A stretch of DNA of 64,000 nucleotides from positions 13,832-77,831 of the forward strand of contig JBDRIM010000064.1 in the NCBI GenBank assembly GCA_043816005.1. Direction: 5' to 3'. The position numbers and the translations under genes were made by a program. The notes under the pieces were generated by a model, which worked only from the letters and a program-made list of their open reading frames with translations, did no database searches and was not told where the DNA came from. This document shows, piece by piece, positions 49,630 to 58,760 of this stretch; the stretch's first letter is position 1; each line of letters starts with the position of its first letter. The stretch comes from Candidatus Micrarchaeota archaeon (GTDB taxonomy: Archaea > Micrarchaeota > Micrarchaeia > Anstonellales > Bilamarchaeaceae).

Positions 49630-51859
49630 AGCACAAACAAGCTTTGAATTCTTGTTAATTTTATCAGTTGCCATATTAGTACTTGTAATAATAGCAGTAA
49701 TATCACAGGGTCATGTTACTACTGTTCAGAATATTAAGGATGATACTGATGCAAAAAATTCTTTGATGGACCTGAGTTCAGCTGCAAAGGAAGTATACGC
49801 ACAAGGTGAGGGATCAAAAAAGAAAGTATACATACAATTGCCAAGTACCTACGATGCGGATAAATCATTTGTTAGTAATAAATCCATAAGAATAAATGCG
49901 GCTGGAACTGACCATGTTTCAATAGAAAATTTCAATGTTCGCGGTTATCTCCCTTCAACCTCAGGAGGACATTGGGTGTGGGTAGTTTCAGAAGGAAATA
50001 GAGTACGCATAGGAGATGCGATGATGGAACTTGATAAAAATCGCATATTTCTTGTAATGGATAGTAATTCAACTGCTTCAACATCATTCAATGTAAAGAA
50101 TATATGGATTGGTGATATAGGTATTACTACATCCACAATATGGAACAATTATGAGGTAACAATGGATGGGGTGCCAGTTTCATTTTCAATTAATGTTGGA
50201 AATATTTATCCAATAACTTTAGAATTTGTTTCAAGTGCTGATTCTGGTGGAGTGTACACTGGCCAAATAATACTTGTTGCAACAGATGATATTGGTAATA
50301 CTGAGGATGTTAATGTACCAGTAACTATTGATGTCATTCCATATACTGAGCCACCACAAACAGAAGACCTACTTGGACCTTTGATTACAAATGTTTTTCA
50401 AGATCAGATGCCTGCAATCAAAAATCAACCACTTACAATATTTGTTAACACTAGTGATGTTTTAACTGGCAACAACACAATTGAAAACTGCGAGATTGAC
50501 GCGGATAATGCAGACAATTGGCAGGATATGCTACCCTCGGATGGAGCATATGATCAAACGATAGAATTAACAGTGCATAATTACACCGATGGTTTTAGTT
50601 TAGGACCACATGCAATTCGTGCAAAATGTACAGATGTTGTAAACAATATTGGACCAACTGCCTATTACTATTTCAATGTAAGTGAAGCTGACATGATTGG
50701 ACCTATAGTCATACAGATGAATCACACAGAGTGGCCAACCACATTAACAAACATTTCAATTGGCGGAACAGTAACAGATGAATATACTGGAAATAGTAAT
50801 ATCAAAAGCTGTAATATAAAAATAGATTCTGGAATTTGGCTACCATTAAGTGCAGAAGATGGCGTATGGGACTCGCCGTATGAAAATTTTATTTATAATA
50901 TAGGATCAATGTCAGTTGGCTATCATAATATCTACTATCAATGCACAGATGAACTCGATAATGTTGGCGGAATATACAATGATAGTTTCGGAATAATTGA
51001 TGTTGATCTGATGCTTGTATTAGATAGATCAGGATCAATGAGTTCCTATGTCACATATATGTATAGTAATGGTTACGTCTCTGCATCAAGTACTGGTTGG
51101 TCATGGGTAAAATCACTTTCAATCACACAAAAAAACGGGGACTATGCAAATCTTACTGTTGAAACAAGAGCAAGTCTAAGCGGATGCACTGTTGATTATA
51201 ATGCAACAATTAATGGTGTTGGAGTTGCAAGTGGTAGCCGTAAATCAACATATTATGGAAGCCAAACAACTTTAATAAACATTTCAGAATACGAACCGCC
51301 ATTTACCATTGATCTTTGGCTTAGACGTGATATGAGTGGCTGCACTGCATATAACCACTACTTTTACCTACGACAGTACCCAACTAAAATGAAGGCAGTG
51401 CAAGATGCATCTAAAAGTTTCCTAGACATTGCAGGTAATAATATCCAGGCAGGGCTTGTTTCATATAGCACTTCTTCAACAACTGATGAATTACTTGCAG
51501 AGATGAATCCAGCAAACCAGGAGACACTGAAAGACGCAATTGACTCAATTTATCCGAATGGAAATACATGTATACAGTGTGGGTTACAAAGCGCAGCAAA
51601 TGAACTTGTTTCAGCAAGAGCTAGACCAGAAGCAACCAAAATTATAGTACTTCTTACTGATGGACAGGCAAATGTAGGGAATTCAGTTACTGGCGCAGTT
51701 TATTGTAGAGACAGAAACATAACTGTTTACACAATTGGATTTGGTTATGATGTTGATGAAACAGAACTTACCAATATTGCCTTACTCACACATGGTGAAT
51801 ATTACTTTGCACCAAACACAGAAACTCTCAATGCAATATTCCAAGGAATAGGAAAATAG
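49616..51859 (+). CDS. class III signal peptide protein with Ig-like repeats and vWA domain (putative pilus adhesin)
   Basis: KAQTSFEF + hydrophobic stretch; DRSGSM MIDAS, LLTDG, YTIGFG. Confidence 0.85.
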   Translation: MQNSKAQTSFEFLLILSVAILVLVIIAVISQGHVTTVQNIKDDTDAKNSLMDLSSAAKEVYAQGEGSKKKVYIQLPSTYDADKSFVSNKSIRINAAGTDHVSIENFNVRGYLPSTSGGHWVWVVSEGNRVRIGDAMMELDKNRIFLVMDSNSTASTSFNVKNIWIGDIGITTSTIWNNYEVTMDGVPVSFSINVGNIYPITLEFVSSADSGGVYTGQIILVATDDIGNTEDVNVPVTIDVIPYTEPPQTEDLLGPLITNVFQDQMPAIKNQPLTIFVNTSDVLTGNNTIENCEIDADNADNWQDMLPSDGAYDQTIELTVHNYTDGFSLGPHAIRAKCTDVVNNIGPTAYYYFNVSEADMIGPIVIQMNHTEWPTTLTNISIGGTVTDEYTGNSNIKSCNIKIDSGIWLPLSAEDGVWDSPYENFIYNIGSMSVGYHNIYYQCTDELDNVGGIYNDSFGIIDVDLMLVLDRSGSMSSYVTYMYSNGYVSASSTGWSWVKSLSITQKNGDYANLTVETRASLSGCTVDYNATINGVGVASGSRKSTYYGSQTTLINISEYEPPFTIDLWLRRDMSGCTAYNHYFYLRQYPTKMKAVQDASKSFLDIAGNNIQAGLVSYSTSSTTDELLAEMNPANQETLKDAIDSIYPNGNTCIQCGLQSAANELVSARARPEATKIIVLLTDGQANVGNSVTGAVYCRDRNITVYTIGFGYDVDETELTNIALLTHGEYYFAPNTETLNAIFQGIGK

Positions 51860-51867
51860 GCGATTTT

Positions 51868-52251
51868 ATGAGGGCGCAAGTTTCATCAGAATTCATGATA
51901 GTATATTCTGCATTGTTTACATTATTTCTTGTGCTTTTTTTTGTATATTTTGATGGCAGCCTCAATCTTTTCCAGACACAGGATAAGATTATGGCATTGC
52001 GTAATGCGCAATCAATTGCATCTGCCATAAATTTTGTTTATCTTGCGGGTGACGGCGCAAGTTATGAGTTCACGATGACAAATATCAAAAATGAAGAAAA
52101 TATTACTATAACAAACTATGCCGTAACATCAACAAGACCACACGCATCTGCAAGTGCCCCCCTACTTAATGCAGATGTAAATACCGATAGTTTAAGCCAA
52201 GGAAATATCACCATAACAAATAATGGAGGTGAAATAGTCATTGTCAAATAA
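51868..52251 (+). CDS. minor pilin-like protein
   Basis: RAQVSSEF class III signal. Confidence 0.8.
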   Translation: MRAQVSSEFMIVYSALFTLFLVLFFVYFDGSLNLFQTQDKIMALRNAQSIASAINFVYLAGDGASYEFTMTNIKNEENITITNYAVTSTRPHASASAPLLNADVNTDSLSQGNITITNNGGEIVIVK

Positions 52252-52771
52252 GATTATGTGTTCCCAAAAAACACGACGTGGGCAAATATGGACAGCTGAT
52301 TTTACAACGGGTCTTGTGGCACTTCTTTTCATATTATTGCTTTACATGATGATGTGGAATACTATTGCGATTAGATGGAATTTGGCAAGCAAACAAACGT
52401 CAATGGAATCAAGTGCTTTTTTTGCTTCTGAGTCTCTTTTGGCTACACCAGGTGAACCAGAAAGTTGGGAGATGTTGGAAAATATAAGTGATGTTAGCGC
52501 ATTTGGACTTGTCAATGGCCGTAATGAATTAAACATAATGAAACTTGATAGATTGATAGTAGAAAATACTTCATATTCTATGATCAAAGCAAGGCTTGGT
52601 ATGCAAAACTACGAATTTGGCATGAGGATAACTGATCTTACTGGAAACGAAATATATTATGAATTTGGAACCTCCTCATTTGGAAAATTGAATAATTCAA
52701 TTGTATTTGATCGCTTTGCAATTCTAGATAATGAACCCGTAGTAGTGCATATGGAGGTCTGGGGCAAATGA
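52241..52771 (+). CDS. minor pilin-like protein
   Basis: RGQIWTADF signal; TPGEPESW...GL motif. Confidence 0.75.
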   Translation: MSNKIMCSQKTRRGQIWTADFTTGLVALLFILLLYMMMWNTIAIRWNLASKQTSMESSAFFASESLLATPGEPESWEMLENISDVSAFGLVNGRNELNIMKLDRLIVENTSYSMIKARLGMQNYEFGMRITDLTGNEIYYEFGTSSFGKLNNSIVFDRFAILDNEPVVVHMEVWGK

Positions 52772-53172
52772 AAGGATTTGCTATAAGTCTTGATGCAGTA
52801 ATCGCATTGTCGTTCGTACTTTTTGCGATGATGATAATTGCAACTCAGAGTTATTATCCTAAGGCACCAGGAGAAATTTATCTGAAGCAGCTGACACTGG
52901 ATGTAGTAACAGTTCTTGAAAAAACAGGAAGGATGAACCAGGCAATAGATGGTAATAGTAGTGCGATTCAAGAACTTTTGGAAACAACACCAAAACTTGC
53001 ATGTATTGAAATAACAATCGTTGATACAAACGAAATTATCGTGAGTAACATCACAAAAAGTGATTGTACTGAAACAACAGACTTGGATATACAAATAACT
53101 GCAAGCCCCTTACTTTACAAAAATAACAATTATATAATCAAATCTGAAACTTGGTTAAGGAAAGAACAATAA
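52768..53172 (+). CDS. minor pilin-like protein
   Basis: MKGFAISLDA class III-like signal. Confidence 0.75.
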   Translation: MKGFAISLDAVIALSFVLFAMMIIATQSYYPKAPGEIYLKQLTLDVVTVLEKTGRMNQAIDGNSSAIQELLETTPKLACIEITIVDTNEIIVSNITKSDCTETTDLDIQITASPLLYKNNNYIIKSETWLRKEQ

Positions 53173-53183
53173 AGAGGAAAAAA

Positions 53184-54014
53184 ATGAAAGGATTCGTAAT
53201 AACAATTTTGTCTGTGAGCTTGATTATGATATTGATAATGCTCGCAATTTCATTTCGAAATGTACAACTTAGTACAGAGAGAGTAATCATTGAGCCGCTT
53301 CCACTAATATATGCAGCATTCCTTCAAGATGACATTGGATATGAGTTTAATTCTATTGTAGGGCCGCAACTTGATTTTGATGAGAAAAATGACAGTATGA
53401 TTATAACTGTAAATGATCAGCTTAGAGATTACAACTATTCTGCTGAAATTTCTGCATATGAAAGATTCCTTATTGGTGAAGTTGCCAGCAGAACTGCAAG
53501 CAACATAAGCACAAACTTCACCAATTTAACAGACGGCACCATAAAACTTTTTATAAACGAGGATTATATTTACACAAATAATCATAGCAAAAACGAATCG
53601 GTTTTCACACGTAATGAGGGTACTGGTGCTACTTCCTATGACATAAATGTCATAATTACTGCAATTAGAGAAAATGTAACTCACATGGAATTCAATGATA
53701 GTGGAACTTTGAATGTTACAATAAGTTATACGGATCTTAATGGCACTGTCATAGAAGAAGGGAAACTTTTTCCTGATCAATCAAACACATTGAAGATAGA
53801 TTATGTTGGGAGTAAAAGTATGACTATTAAGATTGGACCAGAAGATGGTAACGATGGTTCACTTACAATGAAATCAACAGGTATAACAGCAAATGTTGCA
53901 TGGACTGTAGTTCTTCCCCCACTCGACGCAAATAAAAAGTTTGGTTACGAATACGACGGTTATGTGCAATATATTCAGGGACCAGTAAGTTTAGTTAGAA
54001 GAATTGGGAAATAA
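53184..54014 (+). CDS. pilin-like/exported protein
   Basis: MKGFVITILS + hydrophobic helix. Confidence 0.7.
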   Translation: MKGFVITILSVSLIMILIMLAISFRNVQLSTERVIIEPLPLIYAAFLQDDIGYEFNSIVGPQLDFDEKNDSMIITVNDQLRDYNYSAEISAYERFLIGEVASRTASNISTNFTNLTDGTIKLFINEDYIYTNNHSKNESVFTRNEGTGATSYDINVIITAIRENVTHMEFNDSGTLNVTISYTDLNGTVIEEGKLFPDQSNTLKIDYVGSKSMTIKIGPEDGNDGSLTMKSTGITANVAWTVVLPPLDANKKFGYEYDGYVQYIQGPVSLVRRIGK

Positions 54015-54048
54015 AAATGAATTAAAACCTAATAGGAGAGGATAGAGT

Positions 54049-55776
54049 ATGTTGGTAACTACCATTATAGACGATATGGTCGATATCGTCAGTAAGAGAA
54101 AAAAAACAAATTACAAATTACTTGCAAAAGAACTACAATGGGATGAGGAAATAATAGAAAAAATTGCACTCTTACTTGAAAAGGCCGGACTTGTAACTAC
54201 TCATTATTCACCGAATATGATTGAACAACCATGGATGACAATTAAACTCATACCAACTGAAGAGAGAAAACATGGTGACGGAACGAAAATGGAGGAATAC
54301 ATCGTTCCTGCAACCGGAGCTCACACAAGCGAATCAGTATGGATTTTAAAATCAAATGAAGAAAAACGACCAGTCTATAGTATTAGAAGACCGAGAATAA
54401 CCCCGTATACAAGAGCGTATATCGAACATTTGAAAACAGACATTACAAAGGATTTACCAATAGAAACAATAGCAAGCGAAGAGGGAATGAGTGGAAATTT
54501 TCTAATCAAACGAGAGTTAATTAAAAAAAGAATAGCAGACGATCTCAACCCAAAACCAGAGGCACTAGAATTGCTTTCTGACCTTATTGTAAATGAAATG
54601 TATGGATTAGGTGAATTGGAACTCTTAATAGGTGATTCAAAGCTTGAAGAAATAGTGATAAACACATGCGGACTTCCCGCTGCAGTATACCATAAAAAGT
54701 ATGGATGGATGAAAACAAATATTTACTTGGATACTGAGGAAGCAACGAGAAATTATTCTGAACAGATAGCAAGAAAAGTTGGAAGGCAAATAAGTATGCT
54801 TAACCCGATTCTTGATGCACATCTTGCTAACGGAGACCGTGTCAATGCAACCTTACATCCTGTTTCTGCTCATGGTAATACAATAACCATGAGATTATTT
54901 GCAAAAAATCCATGGACCATAGTAAGTTATTTGAAAAAAGAAAACAATTCTATGTCAACTGAAATGGCAGCATTACTTTGGCAGGCTATGCAATATGAGA
55001 TGAACATATTGATTGCAGGCGGAACTGCCAGTGGTAAAACAAGTGCACTCAATGGACTTGTTTCACTCATACAGCCATTTCAAAGAATAGTAACAATAGA
55101 AGATACGCGAGAATTGATGCTTCCGAGTTACCAATGGAACTGGGTTCCTCTTGTTACACGACTTCCGAATCCAGAGGGAGCAGGTGAAGTAACAATGCTT
55201 GATCTGGTAGTAAATGCTTTGAGAATGAGACCGGATAGAATAGTTATGGGTGAGATAAGAAGGAAAAAAGAAGCTGAGGTTCTTTTTGAAGCAATGCATA
55301 CTGGGCACAGTGTTTATTCAACTATCCATGCAGATACTGGTTCTCAAGTTATCAAAAGATTGACTGAACCCCCAATAGAAGTGCCGAGTTCTGAAGTTGA
55401 AGATATCCATTTGCTGGTTGTGCAATATAGAGATAGAAGAAGAAACATAAGAAGAACTTTGGAGGTCTCTGAAATTGTCACTGGTGCAAGTAAACCAGAA
55501 GTCAGTAAAATATATATGTGGAGACCAAGAACAGATAGTTTCCAAGCAGGCAAATCACCACATAGATACATAGAACAAATGAACATTCACACTGGTATGA
55601 CGGAGAAGGAAATAGATGAAGATCAAAAAAACAAATGTGCAGTTCTGGAATGGATGGTAAAGAACAAGCTTGAAGATGTAGAGGATATTGGAAGAGTGAT
55701 GAAATCGTTTTATGCTGATGAACCTGGCTTCATTAAAGCAGTCCTAAATAAAGCCACACCTTCGAAGGTGCTGTAA
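54049..55776 (+). CDS. type IV pilus/secretion ATPase (TadA/VirB11/FlaI family)
   Basis: GGTASGKT, TIEDTREL, LRMRPDRIVMGE, TGH...TIHA. Confidence 0.93.
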   Translation: MLVTTIIDDMVDIVSKRKKTNYKLLAKELQWDEEIIEKIALLLEKAGLVTTHYSPNMIEQPWMTIKLIPTEERKHGDGTKMEEYIVPATGAHTSESVWILKSNEEKRPVYSIRRPRITPYTRAYIEHLKTDITKDLPIETIASEEGMSGNFLIKRELIKKRIADDLNPKPEALELLSDLIVNEMYGLGELELLIGDSKLEEIVINTCGLPAAVYHKKYGWMKTNIYLDTEEATRNYSEQIARKVGRQISMLNPILDAHLANGDRVNATLHPVSAHGNTITMRLFAKNPWTIVSYLKKENNSMSTEMAALLWQAMQYEMNILIAGGTASGKTSALNGLVSLIQPFQRIVTIEDTRELMLPSYQWNWVPLVTRLPNPEGAGEVTMLDLVVNALRMRPDRIVMGEIRRKKEAEVLFEAMHTGHSVYSTIHADTGSQVIKRLTEPPIEVPSSEVEDIHLLVVQYRDRRRNIRRTLEVSEIVTGASKPEVSKIYMWRPRTDSFQAGKSPHRYIEQMNIHTGMTEKEIDEDQKNKCAVLEWMVKNKLEDVEDIGRVMKSFYADEPGFIKAVLNKATPSKVL

Positions 55777-56669
55777 TGAATCCACCGAGAATACCTTTTC
55801 TATTAATATCGTTCAAATTAATGCGAAGAATGGGGAGAAGGTTGAGTGGAGTAGGTAAGGTTTTGATAACACTACAACCAGGACTTAAAACTACACTATC
55901 AAAACTAGGATATACTTTTAGTGCAGAAACATATGTTGTTGGGTCTCTTTTTTCAGCAGGTTTATACGGTTTATTTTTTTCCCTATTAACCATTGGAATG
56001 TTTTTACTAAAACAAGATGTTGAAGATCCAACCTTAATGGCAATGGCAGCTGGATTTGGAATAAGTATGTTGTTCTTTTTGCTTCATTTAATATATCCAA
56101 GGATAATGCTAAAAAAAATTGCTGCTATGGAAAACAAGGATCTTTTGTCTGCCCTTCGCGAAATAATCATGGATGTTGACAGCGGAATACCTTTGTTTGA
56201 TTCGATGAAGAATGTTGCCACCAGCGATTACAGATATATATCCATTGCATTTGATGGTGTTATTCGAGAAATAGAAACTGGAACATCTGAGGTAGATGCA
56301 CTTAGGCATCTTGCACTACGTACTGAAAGCGAATATACCAAAAGAACAGTTTGGCAGATGGTTAATGCACTTGAATCAGGAGCAAGTATGAAAAATGCAC
56401 TTTCTGGGCTCGCTAATGCACTGGAAGCTGCAAATTACCGTGAAATAAGAGATTATTCCACAAACTTGAATTTCATGTTACTTATGTATATGCTTGTGGC
56501 GGCAGTGGTACCATCACTTGGGGTCACTTTTATGGTACTTTTATCAGCATTTGGTGGTCTTGGTGTGGATGTGAGTACAGTAGGACTTTTGGTTGGTGGG
56601 TCTGCATTACTGCAGATAATTATGATAGGATACATGAGTTCCACGAGACCGGAGTTGTTTGGTGGTTGA
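55776..56669 (+). CDS. TadC/T2SSF-family membrane platform protein
   Basis: T2SSF-like soluble domain between TM groups; follows the ATPase. Confidence 0.85.
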   Translation: MNPPRIPFLLISFKLMRRMGRRLSGVGKVLITLQPGLKTTLSKLGYTFSAETYVVGSLFSAGLYGLFFSLLTIGMFLLKQDVEDPTLMAMAAGFGISMLFFLLHLIYPRIMLKKIAAMENKDLLSALREIIMDVDSGIPLFDSMKNVATSDYRYISIAFDGVIREIETGTSEVDALRHLALRTESEYTKRTVWQMVNALESGASMKNALSGLANALEAANYREIRDYSTNLNFMLLMYMLVAAVVPSLGVTFMVLLSAFGGLGVDVSTVGLLVGGSALLQIIMIGYMSSTRPELFGG

Positions 56670-56670
56670 T

Positions 56671-57696
56671 ATGGTTAATCCAACAATGCAACAAAGACCA
56701 TATCGAAGGATAGGTTCTGCCATACCAGAAGGTATCAGGCAGATGTTCAAGAAAAAACTTACCCATGCAGGAATACGAGAGGATGTAGAAACCTGGCTTG
56801 GGAAAAGAATCCTACTTAGCTTGGCAATTGGAATGATATTGCTTGTCCTTTACCTTATAATATATGATCCAATCACGAGTATTGAAACGAGTGGTATAGC
56901 TATAAGTTTATTTTTTGCCAGTGCCATTCCAATATTCATATTTGCATATCTAAAATTATATTTTCAGATAGCTGATAGGGCAACTGCATTGGAAAAAGTT
57001 TTACCTGACTTTCTTCTTTTAACTGCTTCGAATATGAGAGCGGGTATGAGTCCATTCGCAGCGTTTATTGGTGCTGCAAGACCAGAATTCGGAGCATTAT
57101 ATGAAGAAATTAGATTAAGTGCAGGTAAAGCAAGTGGAACTGCATCCATATTAGATTCACTCCAAGAGATACAAACCCACTTTGATTCCAAAATATTGAA
57201 ACGGACGATTGGATTGTTTGTCAAAGGAATAAGATCTGGAGGTCACCTTGCCAAACTTCTAAATTCTAGTGCAGATGAGATAAGAAAGATACAGGATCTC
57301 CGAGCAGAACTTACAACAACCACCAGGAGCTACACTATTTTCCTAGCTTTTATCATTGTACTCATCATGCCATTTTTATTGTCTGTATCAACGCATTTCC
57401 TTACTGTTTTCTTGAAAATCCAACCGGGAGAAGAAATGAGTAGTGCCGATATAGTTGGTGGTCTCCCATCTTTTTCGGGTAAAGTTTTGATAACTCCAGA
57501 CCAAATGTTCTTAACCTCAGTAGTTGTTTTGGTTCTGACAAGTTTACTTATGTCATGTTTAATAGGCGTTATAGGTAAGGGAAGAATAATATATGGAGTG
57601 AAATATTTCCCCATATTTGCAGTGTGTTCAGTTTGTTTTTATCTCGTAGCAAAATTTGTTGTTGGTACTCTTTTGGCTGGTTTTGGAGATATTTGA
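56671..57696 (+). CDS. TadC/T2SSF-family membrane platform protein
   Basis: LPDFLLLTASNMRAGM...ARPEFGAL...SGG. Confidence 0.88.
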   Translation: MVNPTMQQRPYRRIGSAIPEGIRQMFKKKLTHAGIREDVETWLGKRILLSLAIGMILLVLYLIIYDPITSIETSGIAISLFFASAIPIFIFAYLKLYFQIADRATALEKVLPDFLLLTASNMRAGMSPFAAFIGAARPEFGALYEEIRLSAGKASGTASILDSLQEIQTHFDSKILKRTIGLFVKGIRSGGHLAKLLNSSADEIRKIQDLRAELTTTTRSYTIFLAFIIVLIMPFLLSVSTHFLTVFLKIQPGEEMSSADIVGGLPSFSGKVLITPDQMFLTSVVVLVLTSLLMSCLIGVIGKGRIIYGVKYFPIFAVCSVCFYLVAKFVVGTLLAGFGDI

Positions 57697-57754
57697 GCCA
57701 GACAAAAGATTTTTAAGTATTGAGATGAATAGTGAAAGAAATTGGAGGTGTAGT

Positions 57755-58207
57755 ATGTTTAAAAAAGGACAAGTTTCGACCGAATACCTCGTTATTCTAG
57801 CAGTGGTATTAGTCGTGGCATTAATTGTTGTATACCTCGTAGGTGGCTTTTCAGGCCTTGGTGCTGGTTCCCTTGAAACACAAAGTAAAAATTACTGGGG
57901 ATCTACGTCGCCATTCGCTATAACCACCTTTAAGGTAAGTGGAACTTCGATGGAATTAGAATTGGTGAACAATGATTTGGAGAGATTGGAAATCACAGAC
58001 GTATCTGTCGGTGGAGCTTCAGTCTATTCAACTGCAAAGAACTTCACAAGTGGTGAATCAGCAGTAGTCACTGCAACACTTGGAACAACTTGCGGAGTAG
58101 CAAGTACACCATTCACTTATGACGATGTAGTCATTACCTACAATAAAGGAAGTATATCGGCAATTAAACAAAGTGGTACAAAACCACTTGTTGGTAAGTG
58201 TTCGTAA
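57755..58207 (+). CDS. major pilin candidate
   Basis: KKGQVSTEY class III signal; GGAGGTG SD and own AT-rich upstream region. Confidence 0.85.
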   Translation: MFKKGQVSTEYLVILAVVLVVALIVVYLVGGFSGLGAGSLETQSKNYWGSTSPFAITTFKVSGTSMELELVNNDLERLEITDVSVGGASVYSTAKNFTSGESAVVTATLGTTCGVASTPFTYDDVVITYNKGSISAIKQSGTKPLVGKCS

Positions 58208-58300
58208 TTTTATTTTTTCTTTATTTTTCTTATTTGTAGTTTCGTACAAACCAGTTTTATTTTTATAATATAACCGTAGATCTAAGTAAATGGTGTAACA

Positions 58301-58759
58301 ATGGTTGAAACAAAATGGATCATAATCGGGATAATTATATTGTTATTATTAGCTTGTGCAATTGTCGTATTTCTTCCTACTATCCTTTACCTTATGGGTG
58401 GATTTATTGGCCCTAATACTGGTTCCCTTGAAACACAAAGTAAAAGCTACTGGTCTTCTAGTGCACCTGTAGCAATACACAATTTCAGAGCAAGCGGAGA
58501 TACACTTAATTTGGAATTGCAAAATGTTGACTTGGATATTATAACAATAACTGACATATCAATAGATGGGGTTTCGGTCCTCTCTACTTCCACAGAGATT
58601 GAACCAGGAGAACAAAAATCCATAACTGCAACACTTGGATCGGAATGTGGTATGGCTGGTGAACCGTTTAGTTATAATGTGATAATAACCTACGCTAAAG
58701 GAACTCTAACTGGACTTACGCAAGTTGGTACAAAACCGCTTATAGGTAAGTGTTCGTAA
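58301..58759 (+). CDS. pilin paralogue with TM anchor instead of class III signal
   Basis: Shares GSLETQSK.YW and GTKPL.GKCS with 57755-58207. Confidence 0.8.
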   Translation: MVETKWIIIGIIILLLLACAIVVFLPTILYLMGGFIGPNTGSLETQSKSYWSSSAPVAIHNFRASGDTLNLELQNVDLDIITITDISIDGVSVLSTSTEIEPGEQKSITATLGSECGMAGEPFSYNVIITYAKGTLTGLTQVGTKPLIGKCS

Positions 58760-58760
58760 T

